NCBI GenBank assembly: GCA_964385615.1
Contig: CAYLPP010000002.1
Coordinates: 192,944 to 256,943 of the forward strand
From: an uncultured bacterium
Lineage (GTDB): Bacteria > Omnitrophota > Omnitrophia > Omnitrophales > Aquincolibacteriaceae
Length of the DNA: 64,000 bases
Direction of reading: 5' to 3'
Positions 10,948 through 20,236 of the stretch are shown here, in pieces; within the stretch, counting starts at the first letter, position 1; the number at the start of each line of letters is the position of its first letter. The position numbers and the translations under genes are program-made. The notes beneath the pieces were generated by a model. The model saw nothing but the letters and a program-made list of their open reading frames with translations. It was not told the DNA's origin and searched no databases.

Positions 10948-11985
10948 ATGAGCGATCACTGCTGTAAGCATGATCTAAAGAAGCCTAAGCCTTTCTATAA
11001 AACCCTCCTGTTCTGGACCTTTTTTTTAAGCGCGTTACTGTACGGCATCTCTTTTATTTTTCCGGCGTTTGGGTCTTTCCGGCGTGAATTCAGCATGTAC
11101 CTTTCCATGATGTTTTGGCCTGTCGCCCTGGGCTTTATCGCGGGGGGGCTTATGGATCACTATGTTCCGCAGGAATATGTTTCAAAGTTTCTGGCCCAGC
11201 ACCGCAAACGGACGATTTTTTACGCGGCAGGGCTGGGGTTTTTGATGAGCGCGTGCAGTCACGGTATTCTCGCGCTTTCAATGGAGCTTCATAAGAAAGG
11301 GGCTTCCGGTCCGGCAGTTATCACGTTTCTACTGGCCAGCCCCTGGGCGAATCTGCCGGTGACTTTCCTGCTTTTTGGATTTTTTGGAGTGAAAGCTTTT
11401 GTGATTATTTTTTCAGCGCTGATTATCGCCGTGATTACCGGACTGATTTTCCAGCAGCTTGACCGCAAAGGCTGGATTGAGAAAAACCGGCATACGATGC
11501 ACGCGTCTCCCGGATTTTCAATCCGCAAAGATGTTGCCCGGCGCATTAAAGATTACCGGTTCACTTTTGAGGCTGTTAAAAAAGACGCGAAAGGAATTGC
11601 TTCGGGAATTTGGGGGCTGATGGATATGGTCCTGGGCTGGGTTTTGATCGGGGCTTTACTTGCCAGTTTGATGTCGGCTTTTGTTCCTGAAGAGATTTTT
11701 CATCAGTGGTTAGGCCCTTCACTTAAAGGCCTTCTGGTGACTCTTGGGTTTGCCACCATCATTGAAGTCTGTTCTGAGGGGACAGCTCCAATCGCTTTTG
11801 AGATTTACAGAATCAGCAAAGCTTTCGGAAATTCTTTCGCTTTTATGATGGCCGGGGTCGTAACGGACTATACGGAGATTGGGTTGATTTGGAGCAATAT
11901 CGGCCGGAAAACCGCCCTCTGGATGGTGGCCGTGACTTTGCCGCAAGTCATTGTCCTGGCTTGGGTTTTTAACCATATCTTTTAG
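10948..11985 (+). CDS. Permease family protein (DUF318/ArsP-like two-repeat permease)
   Basis: 345 aa, polytopic, N-terminal Cys pair (MSDHCCKHD), internal two-fold repeat. This is a recall-based assignment. Confidence 0.65.
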   Translation: MSDHCCKHDLKKPKPFYKTLLFWTFFLSALLYGISFIFPAFGSFRREFSMYLSMMFWPVALGFIAGGLMDHYVPQEYVSKFLAQHRKRTIFYAAGLGFLMSACSHGILALSMELHKKGASGPAVITFLLASPWANLPVTFLLFGFFGVKAFVIIFSALIIAVITGLIFQQLDRKGWIEKNRHTMHASPGFSIRKDVARRIKDYRFTFEAVKKDAKGIASGIWGLMDMVLGWVLIGALLASLMSAFVPEEIFHQWLGPSLKGLLVTLGFATIIEVCSEGTAPIAFEIYRISKAFGNSFAFMMAGVVTDYTEIGLIWSNIGRKTALWMVAVTLPQVIVLAWVFNHIF

Positions 11986-12054
11986 CTATTTTGGCGGGGG
12001 TTTGAATAAGGGCGCTTAGCCAGCGTCTTAGTTATAACTAGAAATGTAGCGGTA

Positions 12055-12082
12055 TTGACTTTTGACTAGCATCAGCTATCAT
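12055..12082 (+). promoter_or_regulatory. Sigma-70-type promoter TTGACT-N16-TATCAT for the small acidic secreted protein gene
   Basis: TTGACT at 12055-12060 and TATCAT at 12077-12082. AGGAGG at 12097-12102 sits 7 nt before the ATG at 12110. Confidence 0.45.
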
Positions 12083-12109
12083 TTCTTTCAAATCTAGGAG
12101 GAGTACCCA

Positions 12110-12364
12110 ATGAAGACGAAATTGATGTTGCTGCTGTTGCTGTTGGCTTTTACGGTTCACCCCGCATTTGTTCATGCTGAAGATAAAGCTCCGGCAGCGC
12201 CCGCCGAGGCTGGTATGGATGAGGCTGCGATTGGAGATGAAGACATGGTTCTTGAGGATGAGGATTTTCCGGCGGATGAAGATCTTGCGCTGGACGAGGA
12301 CCTTGGCGCGGTTGATCAAGCGGCTGACGCAGTGCTCCCCGAGACCGCTGAAGCAAAGCAATAA
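12110..12364 (+). CDS. Small secreted acidic low-complexity protein (signal peptide followed by a D/E/A-rich region)
   Basis: MKTKLMLLLLLLAFTVHPAFVHA followed by AEDKAPAAPAEAGMDEAAIGDEDMVLEDEDFPADEDL... It has a strong RBS and promoter. Confidence 0.6.
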   Translation: MKTKLMLLLLLLAFTVHPAFVHAEDKAPAAPAEAGMDEAAIGDEDMVLEDEDFPADEDLALDEDLGAVDQAADAVLPETAEAKQ

Positions 12365-12377
12365 CTTCTATCTTTGT

Positions 12378-13493
12378 TCAGGCCGGTTGGAAAGCAGAGC
12401 CTTTCCTCCCGGCCTGATCCAGAAGCTGACAGACACCTTCCTTATTCATTTCTTTCCCGAAAACCTTTTCCCAGACTTCCGGTGATTCCATTGAAAGGTA
12501 AAGCGTCACTTCAGGCGCTTGGGCGCGGATCATTTCAGCCATCTTTTTATAAATTTCGATTCTCCGCGGTTTGAAGTAGCGCATTTTTCCGTCCATGCCC
12601 GTGATCCATTCCGCCAACGGCAGGGTGGACTTCGGGAAGCGTGACTGCATGATGGGTTTGAGTTCCGGCATGAAGCGCAGGCAGCCGATACTGATCCACG
12701 CGACAGCGCTTTCATTGACCGCCGTGAAAAGTTTTTCGATCGTTTTTTCGTAATCTTTTTCCCATCCCGGGTAATCAATAATCGGGTCAAAGTGGAATCC
12801 AGCCCGGTAGCCCGAAGCGATAATTTTTTTAGCGGCTTCCAGCCTTTCCGCGAGGCTCGCGCATTTGTGTTCTTCTTCCTTCTGGATTTTTTCCGCGTTC
12901 ATGGACCACGAAACGATTGTTTTGCCGCCATGTTTCAAGGGGAGCAGGGCATCCACGCAGTCACTTTTGGTTTTAAGTTCCAGGAGCGCGTTTTTCTGTT
13001 TCGCGAAAAACGGCACCAGGGTTTCTGAAAATCCCGTGATCGGATCCAGCGAAAGAGAATCCGCCAACTGGCCCGTGCCGATTCGGAAAAGTTTCTGCGG
13101 GTTGGCGTCCAGAACTTGCTGAAGGCTTTCCAGAATTTCTTCGAGATTTACGAAAATAGTCAGAAACGGATTGGTCAGATAAGCCTGCAGAATACAATAA
13201 CTGCATTCCAGGTTACAGCCTTCTTCGACGTGCAGGGTGAAGTAATCACAGGAGAGATAAGGTTCTGATTCAGGGAACGGTTTGAACGAACGGCCCTTAT
13301 CCTTTTTGAGAAGCAGATAACGTTTACCTTCTCCTGACGGGTCTGGTTTGCTTTTGACGGCTTCGATTAACGGCTTGGAATCCTCGATGATTTCATGCGG
13401 TACACCGGTCAGACGGGACAGAATGATTCGGGTGTGCGGATAATCTACGGCGTCTTTCTCAATATAGATTCTCTGCGGGCGGTAGGGTTTCAT
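12378..13493 (-). CDS. Radical SAM protein of the spore-photoproduct-lyase (SplB)-like family
   Basis: 371 aa with a CxxxCxxC cluster motif (CNLECSYCILQ) in a SplB-like context. Confidence 0.75.
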   Translation of the reverse strand: MKPYRPQRIYIEKDAVDYPHTRIILSRLTGVPHEIIEDSKPLIEAVKSKPDPSGEGKRYLLLKKDKGRSFKPFPESEPYLSCDYFTLHVEEGCNLECSYCILQAYLTNPFLTIFVNLEEILESLQQVLDANPQKLFRIGTGQLADSLSLDPITGFSETLVPFFAKQKNALLELKTKSDCVDALLPLKHGGKTIVSWSMNAEKIQKEEEHKCASLAERLEAAKKIIASGYRAGFHFDPIIDYPGWEKDYEKTIEKLFTAVNESAVAWISIGCLRFMPELKPIMQSRFPKSTLPLAEWITGMDGKMRYFKPRRIEIYKKMAEMIRAQAPEVTLYLSMESPEVWEKVFGKEMNKEGVCQLLDQAGRKGSAFQPA

Positions 13494-14314
13494 AGTGCCG
13501 TCCCAATCAGAGTTTCGATTTCAAGGGCTTCTTTTTCTTTCCCGCGTTTCAAGGCGCCTTGAATATAGATGCGTGATTTTTCTTCCAAAGTTTTGCGCGT
13601 AAGTTCAGTTTGAGAGGCATCCAGTTTTCCGGAAGCCAGAAGTTTGACTAGTGCCTGAATCCGGAAACGGTCCATGGCCGGGAATTCCTGAGAACGCTGG
13701 TCTTCATGCCCGCCGTAGCGGATCACGCAGTTCTGTTCAATGAGACCTATCGGGAAACGGCAGGCGATACGCAGCCAGAGATCATAATCTTCGCAAGCGG
13801 GAAGCGATTCATCGAACAGGCCGACTTCGTCAAAAAGACTGCGGTGAATCATGACCGCTGAAGGGCTGACCATGCAAAGAGGCAGGCATTTGCCGAAAAT
13901 CCAGCCGCCGTATTTTTTGTGTTTGTTCATGGGGTTGACCCGCACGCCGTTGCGGATCCAGATTTCTTCAGTCTGGCAGATGCTGTAGGCCGGGTGTTTT
14001 TCAAAATAATAAAGCTGGGTTTTGAGTTTGTCCGGCGTCCACTCGTCATCGGAATCCAGGAAAGCGAGCCATTCGCCGCGCGCGCGTTCGATGCCTCTGT
14101 TGCGCGCCGCCGAAGGCCCTTGATTTTCCTGCCAAAAATAACTGACGGAAGGAAAATCCTTTTGGATCATTTCTCCGGTGCCGTCCGTGGAACCGTCATC
14201 AGCCACGATGACTTCAAAGCAGACGTCTTCCTGAGCCAGAGCGGAAGAGACCGCTTTGGCGAGCCTTTCACGCCTGTTGAATGTGGGAATAATCACGCTG
14301 ACCGCGGGGTTCAT
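13490..14314 (-). CDS. Family 2 glycosyltransferase
   Basis: N-terminus VSVIIPTFNRRERL...ADDGSTDGT...DSDDEW (DXD). 4-bp overlap with the upstream radical SAM gene. Confidence 0.8.
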   Translation of the reverse strand: MNPAVSVIIPTFNRRERLAKAVSSALAQEDVCFEVIVADDGSTDGTGEMIQKDFPSVSYFWQENQGPSAARNRGIERARGEWLAFLDSDDEWTPDKLKTQLYYFEKHPAYSICQTEEIWIRNGVRVNPMNKHKKYGGWIFGKCLPLCMVSPSAVMIHRSLFDEVGLFDESLPACEDYDLWLRIACRFPIGLIEQNCVIRYGGHEDQRSQEFPAMDRFRIQALVKLLASGKLDASQTELTRKTLEEKSRIYIQGALKRGKEKEALEIETLIGTAL

Positions 14315-14410
14315 AGGAGCCGAGAATATATCACGATTTTGCCTTGATTGACAGTCTCCCGGCCCGGCCCCTATACTACTTCTTCACATACGGATAACCT
14401 GGGGACAGGC

Positions 14411-15022
14411 ATGAAAAAATTTACCGGTTTTACCCTCGAAAACTACCTTCAAGAACTTTCCGGCCCTGAACCTATTCCGGGAGGGGGCAGTGTCGCGGCC
14501 TACTCCGCGGCCCTGGCCATGGGGTTGACCCAGATGGTCGGCCGTATTTCCCTCAAGCGCAAAAAAAAGGCGGGGCTGACTTCTAGTGAGGAGCAAAAAG
14601 AAGACACCCGGCGCGATACCATCCAGAGAATTATTGATGCGGTGGAGAAAACAAAGCGCGACGCTTTTAAGATTGTGGATACAGACCCTGAGAGCTATCA
14701 GAAAGTCCTTCAGCTTTCCGGACAGCCCGAAAAGATTGAAAGCGCTCTGCATGAAGCTTTTCAGATTCAGGCGGAGCTCGGGTTTTTGATTGTGATGGCC
14801 CGCCGCTGGAATGAACAGATGAAAGGCCTGGTTTCCGGGTCGATTAAAAACGATCTTCTGGTCGCGGACCATCTTTTTCATGCCGCTTTTGAGGGGGCTT
14901 ACCATACCGCGCATATTAACGTGGTTTATTTCAAGGACGGCGTCGCTAAAGAAAAAGCGGAAGCCGCGCTTGCGGAGCTGAAAAAAAATTACGAAAAGGA
15001 AGTCGCCCATGCCCGTTCATGA
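14411..15022 (+). CDS. Formiminotetrahydrofolate cyclodeaminase domain protein (FtcD/FchA-like)
   Basis: ATG at 14411 (MKKFTGFTLENYLQELSGPEPIPGGGSVAAYSAALAMGL) shows the typical cyclodeaminase N-terminal motif. Translationally coupled to folD. Confidence 0.8.
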   Translation: MKKFTGFTLENYLQELSGPEPIPGGGSVAAYSAALAMGLTQMVGRISLKRKKKAGLTSSEEQKEDTRRDTIQRIIDAVEKTKRDAFKIVDTDPESYQKVLQLSGQPEKIESALHEAFQIQAELGFLIVMARRWNEQMKGLVSGSIKNDLLVADHLFHAAFEGAYHTAHINVVYFKDGVAKEKAEAALAELKKNYEKEVAHARS

Positions 15023-15902
15023 AGCGCGTTTGCTGGAAGGCAAGGTTCTGGCCGCTAAAATTCAGGAAGAGATCAAGTCCGCGGTGCAGAGCTTCAGCGC
15101 CAAGCCGAAACTGGTAGCGATTCAGGTCGAACCCGACAAAAATATTCCAGCGGAAGTTAAAAACGCGGATTCGGCGGATTGGTATGTAGGAGCGCAGGAA
15201 AAGCTGGCGGCCAAACTTGGAATTATTTACGAAAAAGTGTGCGTGGCCAGAGATCAGAAACAGCTTGAAGAGAAAATTATTCAGCACTGTAACGATAATA
15301 ACTGCCACGGTATCTTTGTGGCGATGCCTCTGCCCGCGGGTTTCAATACGGATAAAGTGCTGACGGTATTTAGTCATTCCAAGGATTTGGAAGGCATCAC
15401 GCCGGCGAGTTTAGGCCACATTGTTTTGAGAAAAGCCCGGCTGATTCCATCGACGGCTTATTCGGCGCTTCATTTAATTGAGTACGCGGCGAAAGAAGCC
15501 GGGAAAGATTTGAAAGGGATGAAGGCTGTGATTGTGGGCCAGAGCGCGATTGTCGGAAGACCACTTCAGCTCCTTCTCGCGGAGCGCCGAATCACAACGA
15601 TTGTTTGTAATACGGGAACGACTCATGCCGATTTGGAATCTTTTGTCGGTCTGGCGGATATTGTGGTCAGCTGCGCGGGCCAGCCGGGCTTGATCAAAGG
15701 GAACTGGATCAAGGAAGGCGCGATCGCTATTGATATCGGCACCACCGAAGTTAACGGAAAGCTGGTGGGTGATATTGAGTTTGAAGAAGCGAAAAAACGC
15801 GCGGGCTACATCACGCCTGTTCCGGGCGGTGTGGGGCCTTTGACCGTGACGATGCTGATGCAGAATTTAATTCATGCCTACCGCTGGCAAAAAGGACTTT
15901 AA
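15009..15902 (+). CDS. folD: Bifunctional methylenetetrahydrofolate dehydrogenase/cyclohydrolase FolD
   Basis: 297 aa with FolD motifs (GxSxxVGxP: VIVGQSAIVGRPL; C-terminal TPVPGGVGPLTV). Confidence 0.9.
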   Translation: MPVHEARLLEGKVLAAKIQEEIKSAVQSFSAKPKLVAIQVEPDKNIPAEVKNADSADWYVGAQEKLAAKLGIIYEKVCVARDQKQLEEKIIQHCNDNNCHGIFVAMPLPAGFNTDKVLTVFSHSKDLEGITPASLGHIVLRKARLIPSTAYSALHLIEYAAKEAGKDLKGMKAVIVGQSAIVGRPLQLLLAERRITTIVCNTGTTHADLESFVGLADIVVSCAGQPGLIKGNWIKEGAIAIDIGTTEVNGKLVGDIEFEEAKKRAGYITPVPGGVGPLTVTMLMQNLIHAYRWQKGL

Positions 15903-16692
15903 GTTGCCGTCGACACCTAAAAGTTTACTGACCAAGAAAAAGAGACGGGAAAAAATCACGGCTTTGACCGCGTACGATTTTCCTTTTACGTCCATTTTAG
16001 ATAAAGCTGGAATTGATGTCATTCTGGTCGGGGATTCCCTGGGCATGGTTCTGTTGGGTTTTGAAACCACGCTTCCGGTCACGATGGAGCACATGATTCA
16101 CCACACGCGGGCCGCGGCGCGCGGAGTCAAAAACGCACTGTTGGTCGCGGATATGCCTTTTAAATCTTATGACACGCCGGCGATGGCGCTGAAAAACGCG
16201 AAACTTTTGATTAAGGCCGGGGCTAAAGCGGTGAAGCTGGAAGGCGGCAGCCGGGCGGCCGGTCAGATCCGCGCGCTGGTCAAGGCCGGTATTCCGGTGA
16301 TGGGCCATCTGGGCATGACCCCGCAGTCGGTCAAACAGTTTGGCGGTTACAGGGTTCAAGGCCGTGACCGTAAAAAAGCGGAAGAAATTTTTAATGACGC
16401 GATTCTGATCGATAACCTGGGTGTTTTCGCCATGGTGATTGAGTGCGTGCCGGCGGAGTTGGCCGCTTTCATCACGCGTTCAGTTAAGTGCCCGACGATC
16501 GGTATCGGCGGAGGCCCTGAAACCGACGGTCAGATTCTGGTGCTCCACGATATGCTGGGTTTTGAAAGCAGTGTGAAACCGCGTTTCGTCAGGCGTTACG
16601 CTTCGCTGGATGAAGAAGTCACGCGCGCGGTTACGGATTATAAAAAAGACGTTCTGTCAGGCCATTTTCCTTTAAAGGAGGAGAGCTACTGA
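15874..16692 (+). CDS. panB: 3-methyl-2-oxobutanoate hydroxymethyltransferase PanB
   Basis: ITALTAYDFPFTSILDKAGIDVILVGDSLGMV is the typical PanB N-terminus. KLEGG motif present. Confidence 0.85.
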   Translation: MPTAGKKDFKLPSTPKSLLTKKKRREKITALTAYDFPFTSILDKAGIDVILVGDSLGMVLLGFETTLPVTMEHMIHHTRAAARGVKNALLVADMPFKSYDTPAMALKNAKLLIKAGAKAVKLEGGSRAAGQIRALVKAGIPVMGHLGMTPQSVKQFGGYRVQGRDRKKAEEIFNDAILIDNLGVFAMVIECVPAELAAFITRSVKCPTIGIGGGPETDGQILVLHDMLGFESSVKPRFVRRYASLDEEVTRAVTDYKKDVLSGHFPLKEESY

Positions 16693-16696
16693 CCTT

Positions 16697-18133
16697 ATGC
16701 GGATTCTTGTGGCGGAAAAAGACGCATCCCTGCGTTCCCTGATAGCCACACGCCTGAAAACACGCCATTACGAAGTAACAGAAACGGCGGACAGCGAGGA
16801 AGTGGTCCGGCTTCTTGAAAGATACCCCACCGATTTAATTTTAATTTCAACGGAAATGGAGCGCGTCGGCGGAAAGCTTTTGATTGAGAAAATCCGCACT
16901 CAGCCGGCATTTACTTCCGTGCCTGTGATTTTAATGACGACGGAAGATAAAATCGCGGAACTCGTCATGAGTCAGGAAAGAGGTTTTGATGATTTCCTGA
17001 TCAAGCCTTTTAACCCGTTAGTGCTTCAACTGCGCGTGGCCATGAATATCAGCCGTGCGCGTCACCGCTCTGAAGCCAACGCGTTGACTCATCTCCCGGG
17101 CAACCCTTCAATTGAAAGAGTCATCCGTACCAAGATTGAGCGTGGTGAAAAATTTTCAGTTCTTTACCTGGATATCGGTAATTTTAAATCTTTCAATGAT
17201 CGCTACGGTTTTGAGAAGGGGGATGATGTCCTGCGTCAGATGGCGACTCTCCTGATTCAAACCGCCCAGTCTTTCGGTGATGACGGCTGTTTTGTGGGTC
17301 ATATCGGGGGAGATGATTTTATCGTGGTGCTCGCGGTGGACCGTGAGGAAGCCTATGCCCGGCGGGTGATTGCTGAGTTTGACCGTATCATGCCAACCTA
17401 CTATAATGACGAAGACCGGAAGCGCGGGTACATCCGCGCGGTCAACCGCCAGGGCAAACCTGAAAACCTGCCCCTCATGTCGTGTTCCATCGCTGCCTGT
17501 AATAATCTTCACCGTCCCTATAAAAGTGTCGGCGAAATCGCGCAGGATGCCGCGGAGGTCAAAGCGTTTCTGAAATCACAGCCCGGCGGAAGCCATTACC
17601 TGCGCGACCGCAGATCGTCGCCGATTCAGGAAGTGAAAGAAGCTTTGGAGATTCTGGCTCCAGAAATGCAGGAGCCGAAAAAAGAAGAGCCGGTTGATCC
17701 GCTGGGCCGGGTGCTTTTAAGCGCCGGATTGATTACGCAGGATCAGCTCTCGGCCGCCTTGAAAAGACATTTTGAGAGCGGGCAGAGACTCGGGCAGGTT
17801 TTAATCGCCATGAATGCCGTAAAAAGTGAAGACGTCGGACATATGCTTGAAAAAAAATTAAACGTTCCTTACATCAGCTTAAAACATTTGAAACCGGGCC
17901 GTGAAGCTTTGCGCCTTTTCAGCCTGGAATTTATCCGCTCTCACCGCGTAGTGCCTGTGGCTCTGACCGGAGAAGGCGTGAAGCTTGGTATGTGCGATCC
18001 TTTTGATCTCAAAACTCTGGACGCGATTGAACGCATCACGCGTCTTAAACCCATTCCCTGCCTTGCGCTGGAAGATGAGTTCGAAGCCTTTCTGGAACGC
18101 TATCAAGGCGGTTTTCAGGAGGAGGCTGTCTAA
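16697..18133 (+). CDS. Response-regulator receiver plus GGDEF-like domain (GGDDF variant) plus C-terminal MshEN/T2SSE_N-type c-di-GMP-binding domain
   Basis: REC domain (MRILVAEKD...). The GGDEF domain motif reads GHIGGDDF. The C-terminal about 120 aa resemble the MshE N-terminal domain (LGQVLIAMNAVKSEDVGHMLEKKLNVPYISLKHLKP). Confidence 0.75.
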   Translation: MRILVAEKDASLRSLIATRLKTRHYEVTETADSEEVVRLLERYPTDLILISTEMERVGGKLLIEKIRTQPAFTSVPVILMTTEDKIAELVMSQERGFDDFLIKPFNPLVLQLRVAMNISRARHRSEANALTHLPGNPSIERVIRTKIERGEKFSVLYLDIGNFKSFNDRYGFEKGDDVLRQMATLLIQTAQSFGDDGCFVGHIGGDDFIVVLAVDREEAYARRVIAEFDRIMPTYYNDEDRKRGYIRAVNRQGKPENLPLMSCSIAACNNLHRPYKSVGEIAQDAAEVKAFLKSQPGGSHYLRDRRSSPIQEVKEALEILAPEMQEPKKEEPVDPLGRVLLSAGLITQDQLSAALKRHFESGQRLGQVLIAMNAVKSEDVGHMLEKKLNVPYISLKHLKPGREALRLFSLEFIRSHRVVPVALTGEGVKLGMCDPFDLKTLDAIERITRLKPIPCLALEDEFEAFLERYQGGFQEEAV

Positions 18134-18970
18134 ATGGAGCTTTCCTCGGTTCTTCTCGGGATTTCCGTCTTCTTTTATTCCGCGGCTTTTGGGTTTTATC
18201 TTTTCTCTTTTTTGAATCCCGTTCAGGAAAACAGCCACCGCATTGCTCTGGTTTTTCTCCGGGCCGGTTTTCTGGTCTCCACTTTTTATCTGGGAGAGGA
18301 AGCTGTCGAACAGGGGTTTTTCCTCCCTGTCGTTAATTTTCCGCAGGCCATGGCTTTTTTCGCCTGGTCGCTGGCGTTTGTTTACCTTGTCCTGCTGGTT
18401 AAAAATCATTCGGAGTCCTTTGGTTTAATCGTCGCGCCCGCGCTTTCTATTTTAACTGCCGCGGCTTTGATCGCCAAAATGTCCGGGGCCGCGGCGATCA
18501 CACCCAAACCCGTTCTGATGCATCCTTATTTCACGCTTCACATTGCCACAGCTTTTTTCGCGTACGCGAGCTTCACGCTTTCTTTCGCGGCGGGGCTCTT
18601 GTACCTGATTCAGCACCGGGAATTGAAATCCAAAAGGCCCGGCGCTTTTTATCACAAACTTCCGGCGCTGGAAAATCTCGAACGGCTGATTTATCTCCCG
18701 ATTTTTTGGGGAGCACCTTTGCTGACGGCAGCGATTGTCATCGGGCTTTTCTGGTCTAAATCCGCGTTTGGAGAGTTTTCGATTCTTGATCCCAAGACGA
18801 TTGCCACAGCGGTAACCGGTTTTTTTTATTTTTTGATCCTGGGTCTTCGCGCGGGGTCGGTGCTTCGCGGACGCCAGGTTGCCTGGCTGAGTCTTGCGGC
18901 TTTCGCGCTGGTTGTTTTCAGTTTTGTCGGCACCCGGTTTATTCCGGGCAGTCATCACTACATGCAGTAA
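18134..18970 (+). CDS. CcsA/ResC-family membrane protein (HemX-like) preceding hemA
   Basis: 278 aa, 8 TM helices, tryptophan-rich region; positioned as hemX is in hemAX operons. Confidence 0.6.
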   Translation: MELSSVLLGISVFFYSAAFGFYLFSFLNPVQENSHRIALVFLRAGFLVSTFYLGEEAVEQGFFLPVVNFPQAMAFFAWSLAFVYLVLLVKNHSESFGLIVAPALSILTAAALIAKMSGAAAITPKPVLMHPYFTLHIATAFFAYASFTLSFAAGLLYLIQHRELKSKRPGAFYHKLPALENLERLIYLPIFWGAPLLTAAIVIGLFWSKSAFGEFSILDPKTIATAVTGFFYFLILGLRAGSVLRGRQVAWLSLAAFALVVFSFVGTRFIPGSHHYMQ

Positions 18971-18979
18971 AAGGGGAAT

Positions 18980-20236
18980 ATGGGTTTTTTCGTTTTAGGC
19001 ATCAATCATAAGGATTGCCCGCTGGACGTGCGCGAAAAACTGCACTTCAGCTCCCGCCAGCTTGAAAGCGCGCTGAATTTCGCGCGTGAAGAGGCTGTGC
19101 TTTCCGAACTGGTGATTCTCTCCACTTGTAACCGCGTTGAATTTTACGGTTTCTGGGAACAGCCCGGAGTGCCTGAAGATGCCTGCGTGGCGATTCTGCG
19201 CAAAACGCATGAAAGCGTGCCCGAACACATCAGCCGGTATTTCTACCGCCACGAAGGCAAGGAAGCTAAACGGCATTTGTTCCGTGTCGCGGCGGGGCTT
19301 GATTCTCTGGTGATCGGTGAAAATGAAATTCTCGGCCAGCTTCGCGACGCGTTTAAAAAAGCCAATGAAATGGAAACCGTCCATTCGATTCTTTACCGTC
19401 TGATGGAAAAAGCGCTGAAGGTCGGCAAAGATGTGCGCACGGAAACCAAATTAAATGAAGGTGCCGTCAGCGTTTCTTCGGTCGCTGTGGAATTGGCTGA
19501 AAAGATTTTCGGAAAGCTCGGCGGGGAAAAAATTATGGTCATCGGCACCGGCGAGATGAGCGAACTGACGCTTAAAAGCCTGCGCGCCGCCGGAGCGGAA
19601 CCTACTTATATTGCCAGCCGGAACGAAGACCGGGGCTGTAAGCTGGCGGTGGAATTCGGCGCGGAGTGGATCACTCTCGACCGCTGGCCTGAAAAACTTC
19701 AGGATGCCGATATCGTGATCTCTTCAACCTCCGCTCCGCACCCGATCCTGAAACTCGAGCAGGTTAAAAAAGTCATGGCGGTCCGCTGGCAGAAACCGCT
19801 TTTTCTGATCGATATCGCGGTGCCTCGTGACATGGAGCCTGAAATCAACACGCTGGACGATGTGTACCTTTACAATGTTGATGACCTCAAAGGCGTGGCC
19901 GCGGGCAATTTGAAATTCCGGCAGAAGGAAATCCGCGCGGCGGAACAGCTGGTTGAGCGCGCGGTGCTTGATTACCAAAGCTGGCTGGAACGGCTGAAAG
20001 CGCGGCCGGTGCTGGAAAGTTTCGAAGGGTTTCTTGATGGTGTGCTTGAAAAAGAACTCGACAGCCTGGCCCGGGAAAAGACGATTACTGAAGAACAGAA
20101 AAACCTGGTGCGTGAACGCATCCGCGCCAAACTGATGCACCCCCCGCTTGAAAAAATCAAGGAAGCTTCGCAGAACGGAGGAGTGAAGCGCTACCTCGAG
20201 GCTCTTCATTCGCTGTTTAATCTGGATAAAAAATGA
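18980..20236 (+). CDS. hemA: Glutamyl-tRNA reductase
   Basis: LSTCNRVEFY active-site motif plus NADPH-binding GTGEMSE. Confidence 0.9.
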   Translation: MGFFVLGINHKDCPLDVREKLHFSSRQLESALNFAREEAVLSELVILSTCNRVEFYGFWEQPGVPEDACVAILRKTHESVPEHISRYFYRHEGKEAKRHLFRVAAGLDSLVIGENEILGQLRDAFKKANEMETVHSILYRLMEKALKVGKDVRTETKLNEGAVSVSSVAVELAEKIFGKLGGEKIMVIGTGEMSELTLKSLRAAGAEPTYIASRNEDRGCKLAVEFGAEWITLDRWPEKLQDADIVISSTSAPHPILKLEQVKKVMAVRWQKPLFLIDIAVPRDMEPEINTLDDVYLYNVDDLKGVAAGNLKFRQKEIRAAEQLVERAVLDYQSWLERLKARPVLESFEGFLDGVLEKELDSLAREKTITEEQKNLVRERIRAKLMHPPLEKIKEASQNGGVKRYLEALHSLFNLDKK

